A stretch of DNA of 64,000 nucleotides from Podarcis cretensis (Eukaryota), in NCBI GenBank assembly GCA_951804945.1, contig OX638150.1:60884001-60948000 (forward strand), in the 5' to 3' direction. The notes under the pieces are model-generated. The model was given only the letters and a program-made list of their open reading frames with translations. It ran no database searches and was not told the DNA's origin. The position numbers and the translations under genes are program-made. Positions 1-13,104 of the stretch are shown here, piece by piece (the stretch's first letter is position 1; every line of letters begins with the position of its first letter).

Positions 1-425
1 AAAAGAAAAAAACTCTCAAACAAAAATACAAGATACAGAAAACAAGAGAACTAGAAAAATAGAAAAAAAAAAGTTAAAACAAATCAATTTTTTATAACTT
101 TAAACTCATTAGCTTGTTTCTTTGACTTCCTCACACCTCCCCTTTTTGTATTCCCATTAATATAATCAAATCAGCAAATCCTTACCCTTTTTCATTTATC
201 TTAACTCTATATCTTAACATATTATAACTCTATATTTTCGCCCATTATCAATTCATTTTTGCATACTCTTTTTCACTTTGTTGCTAATGCCACTTATTTT
301 CAATCCAACATCATTTTAACATTCATTAATTTTACAGTGATTCTGCAGGTAGTCTTTAAATTTCTTCCAATCTTCTTCCACCAACTCTTCTCCCAGATCT
401 CGGATTCTGCCAGTCATTTCCGGCA
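1..425 (-). mobile_element. 5'-truncated L1-clade LINE 3' end (ORF2 C-terminus + T-rich 3' UTR)
   Basis: Peptide EMTGRIRDLGEELVEEDWKKFKDYLQNHCKINEC* (stop 316-318) resembles squamate L1 ORF2 termini; followed by a T-rich UTR running off the window. Confidence 0.7.
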
Positions 426-584
426 GCTTGCTCCGTCTCCGTCTGGGCAACTGAGCAGCTACCCCGCTCCTGGGAGGGCACCCTCCATGCCATGCCCCCC
501 CCCCGGAGAATTCCCACCTTGGGCAGCGCAGGCATATGCTCCACAGCTGGGGACATCTATTCTTTAGCAAAAGCATATTGGAGG

Positions 585-933
585 TGTTGTGACGTGGGGT
601 TTGTGATTTCAGCTCTCTTGACATAATATGCTGGAGACAGTTCTCTAGTAACACTTCTTTATTAAAGCAACAAGACTGAGACCTGAGGAGGGGAGAGCTA
701 CATTTATAGGGACAGGGAACTAGCTAGAAAGGATACATTTTGGAGGGAACAATATCAGGCAATCACAGTCCTGCCTTTTGGAGGAAACCAATAAGACAGA
801 GGATCCAAATACAGCAGCTTAAATGAACCAATAGTAGCTGTACCCTCTGGAACCAAAAGGCAGTTACTTTACCCTAATGCAAATACAGACAATAATAATA
901 CAGATATAAAATCCTTTGACTCAATACACAACA
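585..933 (-). mobile_element. Gypsy 3' LTR (349 bp)
   Basis: Terminal inverted repeats TGTTGTG...CACAACA; immediately preceded by PPT GGGGGGAGGGG (934-944); minus-strand TATAAA 703-708 and AATAAA 658-663. Confidence 0.88.
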
Positions 934-944
934 CCCCTCCCCCC

Positions 945-2420
945 TTAGTGAGCACAGCAGACGTAATCTCTCAGGTACTGTGGGGTCCTACAACTTCTAC
1001 TTGATCTCCTGACAACAGGTGTTGCCGGTTCTGGATTGGGTGTCACCTGTGGTAGGGGGGCTGCTATAGGGGTTTCGTCAGGAACAGAGGGAGTCCCAGA
1101 CATCTCAGGGTCCCCTACCTGTACCTCGTCATCCTGAGGACTAGCAGACCCTGGTTCATTTGCTGAAGCCCCTGGTGATTGCACCTCTGGGCCATTTTCA
1201 CTCTGGTCTTGCAGCTCTGCGTTGTTAGCCAGGGATGAATTATCAGACTCCTCCCTGCTGAGCGCCCCACGCCTCAGCTGATCTATATGTCTCTTCCAAA
1301 CTTGCCCATTTTCCAAGGTCACATAATAGGACACAGGTCCACTAGTCCGGGTGACCACACCAGCCACCCACCGCGAACCTCGTGAATAGTTCCTCACCCA
1401 GACCAGATCTTCAGGGGCGAAATACCTTGTTGTGTCAGTCTCAGCCTGGGGGTTTGCTCTTGAATTACGGTTTGGCATTTTATCCGGGTGGACATAATCC
1501 AGCACCGTTACCAATCTTCTACCCAAGAGCAGCTCAGCTGGCGACTTGTCCGTCGCAGTACACGGTGTTGCATGCTGCAAAAATAACATTCGCGCAATGC
1601 GAGCTGACCAGTTACCCTCCATTAAGCGCGCAATGGATTCTTTGGCTGTTCTTACCATGCGCTCCGCCTGCCCATTGGAGAATGGGTGAAAGGGCGCGGA
1701 TGTGACCCCTCTTATGAAGTTATCAGCCAAGAATGCCCTGAATTCTTGGGACACAAAAGCTGCCCCATTATCTGATACAATGGTCTCAGGTAACCCGTGG
1801 GTTGCAAACAGCTGCCTCAACACCTTGATTACAGCAGCTGATGCCATGCTAGGGACCATCGCCACTTCTAACCATTTGGAATATGCATCGACGATAACCA
1901 AAAAGACCTTCCCCTGGAATGGCCCAGCAAAATCTAAGTGCAGCCGGCTCCAGGGAGCTCTGGACTGCTCCCACCAGTGAACTGGTGCTCTGGCCACTTC
2001 TGGCCGCATGTTCGTACCCATTGTTCTATGTTCTGGTCCATTCCAGGCCACCACACATAACATCAGGCTAGCAACTTCATCCTGACCACTCCCAGGTGTC
2101 CCATGTGAAGCGTCTCAAGAACCCTGTTTCTCAGTGGTGCTGGGATGATTACCCTATCTCCCCACAGGAGACAACCCTTATGCATGGATAACTCGTGCTG
2201 CCTTGTTGCATAAGGCCTGAATTTGTCTTCATGCGGACCACCTGGCCACCCCCTCCCCACCCAAGTGAGCACACGGGAGAGAACAGCATCTTTCCTCGTT
2301 TTCTCAGCAATATCAGTAGCCGTTACAGGAGCCCCCGGAAGTGTTTCCAGCATCATTATGTGCTCCGCTGGAGCAGGATCCTCATTGCTCCCGCCAGGAA
2401 GGGGCAATCGAGTAGAGCAG
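945..2420 (-). pseudogene. Gypsy/Ty3 pol remnant (end of RNase H linker, zinc finger, integrase DDE core, C-tail)
   Basis: LHLDFAGPF...IVSDNG...SNGQAER DDE core; ORFs 2063..2407 and 945..2063 are separated by an in-frame TGA (2063-2065) and a frameshifting deletion near 2005-2012; truncated upstream of ~2420. Confidence 0.92.
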
Positions 2421-3334
2421 GAGTAGATGGTAAAATTATTAACTTCCTAATCATTAATGCTGTTAATTGCATTGGATGTCTACTGGGTGCTTCTTGACAT
2501 GTGTGTTTATTTTCTCCCTAATCTTTAGTCCCATTCTCATACCCGAAATTTGTTCGCATTGTAACAGCAGGTGGTAATAAGGATGTTAGATTCAGCTGGC
2601 AAAAAGCATAATGTGTGATGGAATAACTGCGTCACTTTCCGTATAAACTGGCAGCACAATCCTGGACTGTGCAGCTGTAACCAGCTCTAGTGTGACTTGC
2701 CCAGTTTCCAAGCATAAAAAGTTACCTGATTTGAGGCGTTATAGCTAGTGTGTGCTATAATGTCCAATTGGCCACATGCCTCTGCCTCTACAGCATGGCA
2801 GTGTGTATACCAAAGCAGCCCCCTGGCTCTTTAGCAGAATGGATTGGAAAGCATGTCTCGGTAAATGCATTGGGTACTTGGAGATGTCACTCTTCAAATT
2901 CAGTCACTAAAATTACAGACGGCACATTCCAAGGCTGAAGAGATGGTGGGGCAATGCCAGACTTAAGACAGCTGGCCCCTCATGATCTCTCCTGTTTCAG
3001 GAGGGGAGACAAACAATCAAATAATAGCTTCTCAGTGACTATTGCGACATCAGCATTGTACAAATTTGCCTTGAAGTAATCTAAATAGAGAAAGTTCTGA
3101 AATACAACAGTATAAGGACAAGTTGACAGATATGAAGGAAGCAGGAACACAAGTCCCCACTGGGAAGTGGAAGAGTGGTAAAGACTGCAGACAGGGATAG
3201 GAGAAGGATGCACACCTGAAAGCAGCTCCTTTCTTCCCCGTGTCCAAACCCTTCATCAGGCTGCTTCTGGGGAGTCAGAAGCTGTGAGCAAATCCTGCTT
3301 CTATTATTGGGCTCAGGCAGCAAGCATTCCCTCA

Positions 3335-3563
3335 AAGAAGAAGAAGAGATTGGATTTGATATCCCGCCTTTCACTCCCTTTAAGGAGTCTCAAAGCGGCT
3401 AACATTCTCCTTTCCCTTCCTCCCCCACAACAAACACTCTGTGAGGTGAGTGGGGCTGAGAGACAAAGAAGTCTGACTGGCCCAAGGTCACCCAGCAGCT
3501 GCATGTGGAGGAGCGGAGACACGAACCCGGTTCCCCAGATTACGAGACTACTGCTCTTAACCA
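3335..3563 (-). mobile_element. tRNA-derived squamate SINE (Squam/MIR-like) with (CTT)n tail
   Basis: Minus strand: TGGTTAAGAGC partial A-box, GGTTCGTGTCTCC B-box-like, GGGTGACCTTGGGCCAGTCA core, (TCT)n tail. Confidence 0.75.
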
Positions 3564-6500
3564 AAGAACTGCCTCATTGCTCTCCCTGGCCTTCCTGATC
3601 TTCCTCAACCAGCATTCAGTTTCTCTGTCTGCTTCCACACAAAGAATCTGATTGACTTTACAAGGAGAACAGAGCATTACTTCCCATGCTCAGAAGAAAC
3701 TCCAAACAATAACCAAGAAAGTGTAACTGAAACCCAAATTGACTTTCCCAAGTCCCAGATCTATTTAATTTCCGTGTAACATAAATTTATCACACATTTT
3801 TGTTTAAATCTAGAGTTTCCAGTGAACCGATTTTTTTAAGCATGGCAGGATCCAGTCCACCTTCTCTTTGACATTCATTCCGTTGCATTTGGGGGATGAA
3901 AGTTGATCTCTTGGAAAATGTTATAAAGATTACTATCGAGGCTGGTTTTATTCACTTTTTGTGTCAGTGGTCTGGAAAAAAAATATGTAGCAAGGTGATA
4001 AAGAAAAGGATAATGGCACAAAGTGGAGGGGCGAATCATTGTCAATTTAAGAGGCAATGGTAATAAACTTCAAAATGATTTGGGCCATGCAGGAGTAGGC
4101 TGGTAAATGATTTATGTGGTTCACTGGAGAAAAATGGAAGGTGATGATTTAGGATATAGTGTTTGTCACAGGATTGGTTTAGCAAAAGTTTACTGGTGAA
4201 AAGGACAAAAGTCACTGCACATAGCTCTCAAAATGAATAGAAATAACCACTGCTTTGCTTTAAAACCATGCCTCCCTCTTTTGATTTTTGGTGCATGCAG
4301 TAAGTCGTGCAAAAGCTTGATCCATAAAACAGTTGAGCCATCATGTTGCACTTAAAGAACTTTTGCGTGACAACAAAAGGTGGAACTTCTCAGAATAAAA
4401 ATATGTATATTATATTGTTTGCAATTCAGGATAAATATGCCTTTCTACCATGTGTATCCATGGGCTGGTCAGCCACTGTGTACATCATTTGCCAAGTCTC
4501 ATATTCAAGACAAAAGAACTACCCCATTGTAATATGCACACATTTTCCTCTATGGAGATGACATCCATGAAGAGAAGTCAGTGGGAAAAGCAGCTCTTAA
4601 TCTCTGGATACAACCAGTTCAACTATAAGTACACCAACCCAAGGAGATCACAGCATCACTCTGTATTCATTGGATAAACTATACATAAGCACAAGAGTCT
4701 AATAAGAAGCCTTATAAATCAATTAAACCTTCTGACCTTCCTCAAATACAAAGAAATTTGGGTCCCATACCAGCAGAAAACGGTTAACTGGCACATATAA
4801 AGATACTGTATTGTTGAACTTATGAACTGGTTTCTGAATGAAATTTGCTGCTGTTCAATACTATTACAATAGAAATGTAATACTTCACAAGAAAGCACTG
4901 TATATCTGTGCTGAATCTGGCCATTTCTGCAACTGCAGATAAAACTGGAGATATCCTGGGAGGAAAACCATTGAGGGCTCAAAAAGTCCACTATTGCAAA
5001 ACCACTTCAGTTTATTTGGAGAAAATATGTTTTATTGGTTGTGGTAAAGGAAGTGACTTTTTGGAGAAGACAGCTAAATCATTGTGCTAAACCTGGCATA
5101 AAACATTTTATAGACAAGGGGCGTCCTGCCAGCCATGTACATAGTTACAAATGCTTGTTTTATTACTTTTCATTTAAATATGTTATCCTTTCCTACAACA
5201 AAATGGTGCTTATTCCCAAGTCAATGTCTTTAGCATTAAGGCAGCAGAACCAAACTCCATTTTATTCCTGAAGTTATGCTAATGCTTTGCTTAGGTGAGC
5301 ATAAAATATCTGCACATGCTCATAATATTTCTGTTTTTATCAGGGTTGGTCAACTGTTTCTTTTGGCTTTTTGTTGTTACATAATTTACAACTGCTTGTG
5401 ATATATAAGAAGAGAAATGTTAATTACATGTTTCACAAGTTAATCAGTGCTGTCTAAAAACAAGAGCCCACTTTGATGGGGTTTTTTTAAAAAAAATACC
5501 ATTAAGTGCAAGGTCCAAGGTGTAGGTGCATCTGCCACAGGGTCGTTAAGTTGGCCTACAATCAGTTTTAAGCTAATACATTAATTCAATTGGGCTGAAA
5601 AGACAAGGAACATGATTCTGTGATTCACAACTATTTAAATCAGCATCCTTGAACTGAAGCAAGTTAACAACAACCAGATAAATTCAAAGGGACTACAACA
5701 GTTTAAATGTGTGTAAGGCAACTGTAGATGATTTGTGAATCACACTGTAAAACCCTACCAGCCACACACAAACAAAAAATACAAAAATAGGAGGAAGACC
5801 TGTGGGTGATGCGTAAATCAATCTCCAGATCCACTGACATGATGATTAATCCCACGCTGTCAAGGGTCAAATTCCCACAGCATGACATTTTTGATCACTG
5901 AGACTTCAAAACACATCTTTTTGAGGCTACATATCAAACCAAAAGCAGGAGTTTAAATCATTAACAGCACTGATTGGCTGGGGGGGCATTTTGAACCACT
6001 GAGTAAAACAAATTGTGTAATTGCAGGGACTCAAGAACCAATGAAACTATGCAAAAACATACTGAATTAGGATGGATGTCGGAAGACTTGTCGTATGTTT
6101 CACCTGAGCCACAGACCTCCAACTATATCCCCAACAATATGAATGGAAATAAGAAACCCACTTTACATGCAGATCTGCCAGCTCTCCTTATTTTTATACT
6201 TATCTCCAGAATTTATATATATATCACCTTTTTGTCACGCAGTGTATCCGGCAGAACACCATGGGAGAAATACTAAATTTGAGAACTAACCTCTCGTGCT
6301 CCCACTTGAAAAACTGATTTCTCAGCTTCATCTTCGTTCTGGACAATTTCACCGTCACCAGAGTATCCAAATCCATCCGTTTATCAATTAGAGCAGAACT
6401 AAACTGAGCTCGTTAGATCAAAGTGAAGACTTCAGAAATGCTGTTCAGCTTGCTGGTATTGCTGCACCTTGATGTGACCACACTACAACTTTCCCTGACC

Positions 6501-7489
6501 TGCGTACCTTTTTACTGACTGTCATTTGCCTGGATCAGTGGATATGAAATTTGGTCACATCACATATTTTGTATTAAGAAACCGTACCAGGGGAGAGAAG
6601 AAGAAGTGATATGGAGCTTCTGTTTTAGGTAGCTAGCGTGCATCTCCAGTGATTTCTGGTTCTTAGATAGTGTTGCCCTCATATTTGGAGGGGGACCTTT
6701 CTGGGACCCCCATATGCTGCTGTTGTGGGGTGCCTCAGATGCTTGAAGCCTAGTGCTTCTCGGCTCTGCAGTGGGGCTAGGCTACCCAGTTTTATCCCAT
6801 GCCAACTGTGGTATTTCATAGTATTTCACCTTTTGTCACTGGGAGCAGTATCTTGGCATATTCCAAGCATGGCCTGTTGTATGGCCCCCAGACAGAATTT
6901 CTAAATAGCTGGTCAATTTGTATTTGGTGGGTTGGTAAAAGGGAGACCCCTAAGGACATATTTCAGTCTGGGTAAGATATTAATTTTAATGCTGTGAATC
7001 CCACACAGTCCTGAAGAAGCTCTGCAAAAAGGAAACTATTAGCATTTAAATATTGTAACATATTTTGACCCTAAATTTATTCTTGACCATGTTCAAGATT
7101 TATCACAGAAAAGGAAATATCCTAAAAACGTTGATCTGATAGCAAACAAAAAAGGCCTGTCACATGCACAGTATTCAAGATGCAGCTTTGTTCAGACATA
7201 TTAAGCAAGCACAGCATGCACATGAAAGTACCTTCTCCCTATGATGTACATACACTTATGAATAAACATTTTTATTCTTGGCATGGGCACAATGATGCCA
7301 AAACATTTGAAGGCACGATTAAGTATCTGCAGGCATGCATCGTGGATTCGCAGCATCTGCAGAATTAATCACGGGGAGCACAAGTAAGGCTGAGAAGCTT
7401 ACTGCCTCAAACAGATTTTTAAGAAGACTTCTTTATGCTTACTCTCCTACCGTGCTACATCAGGTTGGGGAATGGTGGGATGACCTAGG

Positions 7490-7790
7490 AATAGAGATGA
7501 AAGAACCAGCTTTTAGCTGTTCCTTGTCAGTTTCACTAATGCTCACAGTTCTGCCCCATTTTGTGTGTGTGTGTGTGTGTTTTCTAAAAGAGCATGCACA
7601 AAAATACACACACGAATTGTATGCATTTTGAACACATTTTTCACATAAAATACACGCTTTTGTGTACTTTGGGGACTGAAACTGCATCGTGAAATCAGGA
7701 ACAGGGCATAATCTGACTGACAGCAAGCCTGCGCATGTCATATTGGGTATGCAAAAAAGTGGACCAAATGACTTGTCCATGCTGATCCCT
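7490..7790. mobile_element. Degenerate hAT-like non-autonomous element
   Basis: Ends TAGAGATG...GATCCCTA resemble TAGGGATG/CATCCCTA TIRs; no clear TSD. Confidence 0.35.
7563..7580 (+). repeat. (GT)n microsatellite
   Basis: gtgtgtgtgtgtgtgtgt. Confidence 0.9.
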
Positions 7791-8524
7791 ACCCAGGAAG
7801 CCAAAGTGGAATGGAGCTGGGAACAAATCTGAAGCCAATACATGTGAGTTTTAAAAGGACTAAGCAATAGGAAATTTGAGTGGGGACGCTGAAAAAGGGT
7901 TCAGACAGAAGCTGTAGAATAACTGCTTCTATGGTTACTGTCTTGTAAAGAATAAAAATGAAGATCTGCCATTTTAGCATCACAACTCTAGATGTAGGGG
8001 ACTTCGGTTTTCATTACGCTTTGATCTTTGGCATGTCCTCATGATTTGTGCTGTGCGCCAAATAGGTCTTAGAGATAAGCCCAGAGTTAGTCCCAACAAT
8101 GTAAACTATAGAAAGAACACTGCCACACAGCATTTTAGACCCTCTTCTTCCCTTTGGAAAATGTTGAAATGGCGACAAGATCGCACTGGCCTATTTATTC
8201 TGAATGTTTGTAAGTGATGCCAATAAAGGTTTGATGATGATGATGATTTTAGGCTTTAATTAGTGTCACTTAGCTGTTCATTATGCATTTCCAGAGTAGT
8301 CTTTGATGCAGAGCAATGTGGCATGTGCTAGCAGGACAATATTCACCCAGCTGGTTTTGCCATCAGCTATCATGTTATGAAATAATAATAATAGTAATCC
8401 TATTATTCATAAATACAAAAACAACAGACTGAGAAACAGCTCCACATAGACACTAGAGTGATAAATTGACCATTTACTTTTAAAAAAAAAAAATCTATCT
8501 AGCAGGTATAGCTATTGTGTACTG

Positions 8525-8538
8525 GTGCCATCTTGTGG
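8525..8538 (-). promoter_or_regulatory. Candidate CTCF site
   Basis: Minus strand CCACAAGATGGCAC matches the CTCF core CCASYAGRKGGCRS with one mismatch. Confidence 0.45.
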
Positions 8539-11192
8539 TGGAGAGACAAGAGACTAACAATTTTATACATACCTGTTCAGAAGTACATAAGTTCCAATAG
8601 ATTTAATGTGTGTGTATGGACTGCAGCCTAAAGGCTCTACTGCCATCAAACAGGAAAGAAAGAACTGTTCTTACTCTCTAGTTTTTAGTGGATGTCTATA
8701 TCACTTGACCACTGGTTTCTAATGTCAAGTATTCCACAAAACCCATGTATAGTATGGTCCTTTTTAAATGCATCACAATGGGAAAGAGATGTGGGCCTTT
8801 AATTGTCACAGTGATAGCAAATGTGTTCACCAGGCCTACAACATATGCATTCTTCACTTGGCACCTCCTGTACTGCTGTGCAGTCAAAGCCACATTGACA
8901 CACATTTACTATTCTCTTTTATGTATGGCGTAGTTTAGTTGTTGTTTGATCTCATTTTCAGCTATCTCAGTTAAGGCTTAAAGCCAGTAACTGTTCATTT
9001 TAATGTTTACTTACTCACATATGAGCGCTGTTCACTGTAACTGCTTGCTATATGTTGGTCTGACTCCATTCTCAGTCGATTAACTTTAATTAGCATAACT
9101 TTCTATTTAATGTACATAATTAATGCTTTAAATAATCCAAATTTTAATCACACAGCTGATCATGTATATTTTGATTGGTCCAGGGGCCAGTGCTGGTTGC
9201 TGGCAGTGGCACATGTTCAGGGTGTGCTTGCACCAACATTTTGAAATTCTGTCCCTTTGGCAATTAGACAGGTGTCTTCTACTCTGTGTTGTAGACACAT
9301 GTTGAAAAACCTCTCCTTTTAATCAGGTCCCCAGCAGAATTGTTGCTTTTAGTTTGCAACCATTTCTATCTATAACACAATATTTCCATGATTTTTTTAT
9401 ATCTTATGTATTTTTATATGATCCAGTTCACTGCTTAGATGTATATTGAGTGGTTTATAAATTTTTTTAAAATAAATACGAAATAATTTATCTCCTAAAC
9501 ACATGTTTATGTGTTCTTCTTATGTATGTCTTACTTTACAACTAACAAGGATTAACCACTCCCATATCTTGAAGGATGTTGCTCTGTTGAAACAGACTGG
9601 TGTTTACTCTTGCCTACAAAGAGCGGCACAGAGTATTTTTCTTTTTCTGTGTTATATGTGCTATAATTAGTGATAAGCATAAAAAGGAGGGGGAGAAAAT
9701 TCAACTAATGACATGTGACAGAACTTCCTTTCCCACCCCATTCCAGTACACCCTACTTGTCCACTGCAGCCAAGGTGCCCATAAGGATCCACTGACAGTT
9801 CTGTGCTTGGTTGCCTTGCTTCCACCTGAGCTGAATTTCTGATTCACGTCAGAGGCACTTTTTCCAGTGCAACTAAAATCTGCACATTACTAGCCAAGCA
9901 GAACAACCAGCAACATGGTGCATCTTGCCTTTGGCTCCTACATGGCAGCTATTGTGACAGTTGCTTCATTCATAGGAGAAGACATGACAAAGATAAATGT
10001 GGAAAACTCACCCACTGTAGCACCAGCCTGTCCTTCTCATCTGCTACTCCAGAAGGCTTTTAACAGTAATTCAGAGCGAGGCAAAAAGGTCGTGTTTCTG
10101 TATATATAGATATAATGCCTTTCAGAAATAGGCTAGTTTGCTACACACACACAAACCATATATATCTATTCTTGTTAATATTTTCTTCCTGTGGATTTAA
10201 ATTGGCAATGGTTTTTATTAATTGCTTGTGGGTACCTTTTATTGCATATAAATTTTAAAATGCCAGTATGGGAATCTGTCATACAACAGACTAGCTATAG
10301 CCACACTTGAAATTCTTGATGATCAGCCTCCAGGCACACCACTCATTTTGCTACTTATACCTTCATTATCAGTTGACTCATTAATCATAACCTTCGCTTG
10401 TAAGGCAGAGTGAATGGCCAGAGGCAGCACTTAAGAAGCTAGAAATCTCATGCTTATTTTGTTCAAACACAGAATTATAAAGAAACATCCATCCCATCAC
10501 TACTATATATTGATTTTTTAAAAAAGGATCACCACCAATTTTAAATATATATATTAAGACCAATTGATCCATTAATTTTATGTTTATTAAATTCCAATTC
10601 CATTTAGTTCAAGTGTTAAGAGTAGGAGACATCATAAGCAAGCTACTCAAAAGAAGGAGGGAAGGTGCCTTATTTATAAATGATATACTCCGAATTCAAA
10701 ATAGATGCTGTGAAAAGGCATATGCAATAATATCACTCTCCTGCAACCCTGACAGACCTATACTGAGGCAGTCTCAAAATAATAGCAATTGCCAGTCAAT
10801 ATGAATAAGTACCTTAGAGCTAAAGCAAGCACATAGATTCTACTCCTGTCAGTTTAAACTTTATTCACATTCATGTAGTGCAAAGCCCTAAAACTTGAAT
10901 AGGTGATAGCACATAAATTACCAGGTGTCTGCTTAGAGAAAGCTTCTTCCAGCCCATTTCTACATATGTTTATCCAGAAATAAGTTGCACTGACTTCCAC
11001 TAAGATTTCTCCCTAATACATCTGCATAGAATAAAGAGTTCTAGCACACAAAACATATGTCTGGATCACTTTTAGCAAATTTTGACTCATATGTTTACAA
11101 AGGCTCTGGAATGACTAACAATTGTGCTATTTAACCTGTTAGTCCCAGATCCATGGAAGGAAGGACTTCATTACAGTCTGCAAGTTCACACA

Positions 11193-11350
11193 CAGTGGCG
11201 TAGCGTGGGGGGTGCTGGTGGGGCCGGCCGCACCGGGCGCAACATCTGGGGGTTAGGGTTAGGGGTAGGGTTAGGGGGCGCAAATCCAGGGTTAGGGGGC
11301 GCAAATTACTTGCCTTGCCCCGGGTGCTGACAACCCACGCTACGCCACTG
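11193..11350. mobile_element. hAT-type MITE (158 bp) carrying TTAGGG repeats
   Basis: Perfect 17-bp TIR CAGTGGCGTAGCGTGGG; perfect 8-bp TSD TTCACACA (11185-11192, 11351-11358). Confidence 0.92.
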
Positions 11351-12600
11351 TTCACACATATTCAGTGTCACTCTCTTTGTGATGTTTTCTCTCAACTTCC
11401 AATGCTGTACCCTTAACAAAGAAGCATTCCAAGGTCAAGCCTTGATGCTAATTAAGATTTGTTCATAGGATTTTTCTAAATTTCAGGGATTTTTATTGAG
11501 AGTTCTTTCAAGGAAGCCAGTGGACAGCCGGTTAACCAACAATAACACAAAATGAGGAAATGGACATTGGTTTCTAGATTGATTGCTAAATATTTGTCTT
11601 ATCTCTGTTCTGCACAAACTGCAAACATTTATATTGCAGCCAAAAGTTTCCCCAGGAGAAGTCATAGCCAGAGATTTTTATCCATGACATGCAATGCAAG
11701 TTCACAATGTCTGCATACATACTTCACAGCTTCAAAACCATGGCTTTAGGAAGCTGTGCACATCACGAATCTAGCAAACAGTGCAGAATTTTAGTATCTT
11801 GAGAAACTCACACATTTCTAACCCCTACAGGAAAAAAGGCTTGAGAGTACGTAGGCTTTAAAAATAACAATAATAACCCTCCCTTCCCGTTCAACACAAA
11901 TGATTTTCTAAACTGGACCCACTCTGGAGCTTTCTTCCATCTTTTAAAAAGCTGCTAGGATGATTGATGCTGAGCTGTACACAAACACTTAGGATTGCTG
12001 CCTTTTTTCTGACACCTGCCTCCCAGGATTTCGCTCATAGCCTGTGGCCAAAGTGCTCCGTGGAGGAACAGAGCGAGAGGCATAGCAACTGCTTTCTCAC
12101 TTGGTGCTTCAGGGGCATTTAAACTTTAAAGCGTAAAAGCAGAGGAACATTCTCCGGATAAAGACTGGGTTGCCTCCTAGTTGCCTCCCGTTTTCCTGAC
12201 AAACTAGCTGTGTGCCATTAATTAGTGAGTGTGAGGCAGAAAAGCAGCTGTGCCTCCTTCTGGCATGGATGCCATGGGGAAGTAGCCGGCCGATCCCCTC
12301 CTGCAAGGATCCTAACTACCCTCAAGGCAGCTGTGGATGCCCTGCCCTCCTGGCCTGGCCCTTTTCACTTGCCCCGCTCCCAGATCAGATGGACGCGGAC
12401 CACTGCTGAGGCTGGCTGTTAACTTTGAAAATTTGTGCCTGGGCTTGCTTTTCCCTTCTCATAACATGTATTTTTAGGTTGCGAAACATACTACTTCCCT
12501 CAACAATTCTAGGCACTGCAGTTTTCCCCTCACAGGGTTACAATTTGCTGCAACCCTTAATAAACTACAGTGCCCAGATTCTTTTGAGGGAAGTAATATA

Positions 12601-12848
12601 CAGTGGTACCTCAGGTTACATACGCATCAGGTTACATAAGCTTCAGGTTACAGACTCTGCTAACCCAGAAATATTACCTCGGGTTAAGAACTTTGCTTCA
12701 AGGTGAGAACAGAAATTGTGCAGCAGCGGTGCAGCGGCAGCAGGAGGCCCCATTAGCTAAAGTGGTGCTTCAGGTTAAGAACAGTTTCAGGTTAAGAACG
12801 GACCTCTGGAACGAACTAAGTACCGTACTTAACCCGAGGTAACCTCTG
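12601..12848 (+). mobile_element. Tc1/mariner (Tigger/pogo-like) MITE
   Basis: TA|CAGTGGTACCTC...GAGGTAACCTCTG|TA; internal CAGGTTA repeats; same family as 37851-38081. Confidence 0.85.
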
Positions 12849-12967
12849 TACTTCAGGCGTTCTTTAAAGATATAGTATATATGGTCTGCCTCACTGCAGA
12901 CCAACAAAACTAAGCCTGCGAGAATCAACAGGCTTCAATTCTTACCACACCTGAAGTTTACCTGACT

Positions 12968-13104
12968 CATTGCTATTTTTCTAGAAAAAGAGATGCCAGA
13001 ACTCACCATGAGCACCTCCTTTGTTCTCTTAGAATGGCAATGGTGCCCACCTGAGAGGTGCAGGAACTGAGTTCTGGTGAGTTCCTGCTGGAAAAAAATT
13101 CCTG
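12968..13104. mobile_element. hAT-type MITE (137 bp)
   Basis: Perfect 8-bp TSD ACCTGACT (12960-12967, 13105-13112); degenerate CATTGCTATTTTT / AAAAAAATTCCTG termini. Confidence 0.8.

Noticed and set aside
945-2063. 372-aa integrase ORF as a domesticated (GIN-like) host gene
   Set aside because: It runs directly into a PPT and LTR, its apparent N-terminus is a frameshift artefact, and the zinc finger is broken, so it is an ordinary decayed retrotransposon
3225-3265. CUGAUGA...GAAA hammerhead-ribozyme-like core on the minus strand
   Set aside because: No convincing stem II or closing stems could be drawn
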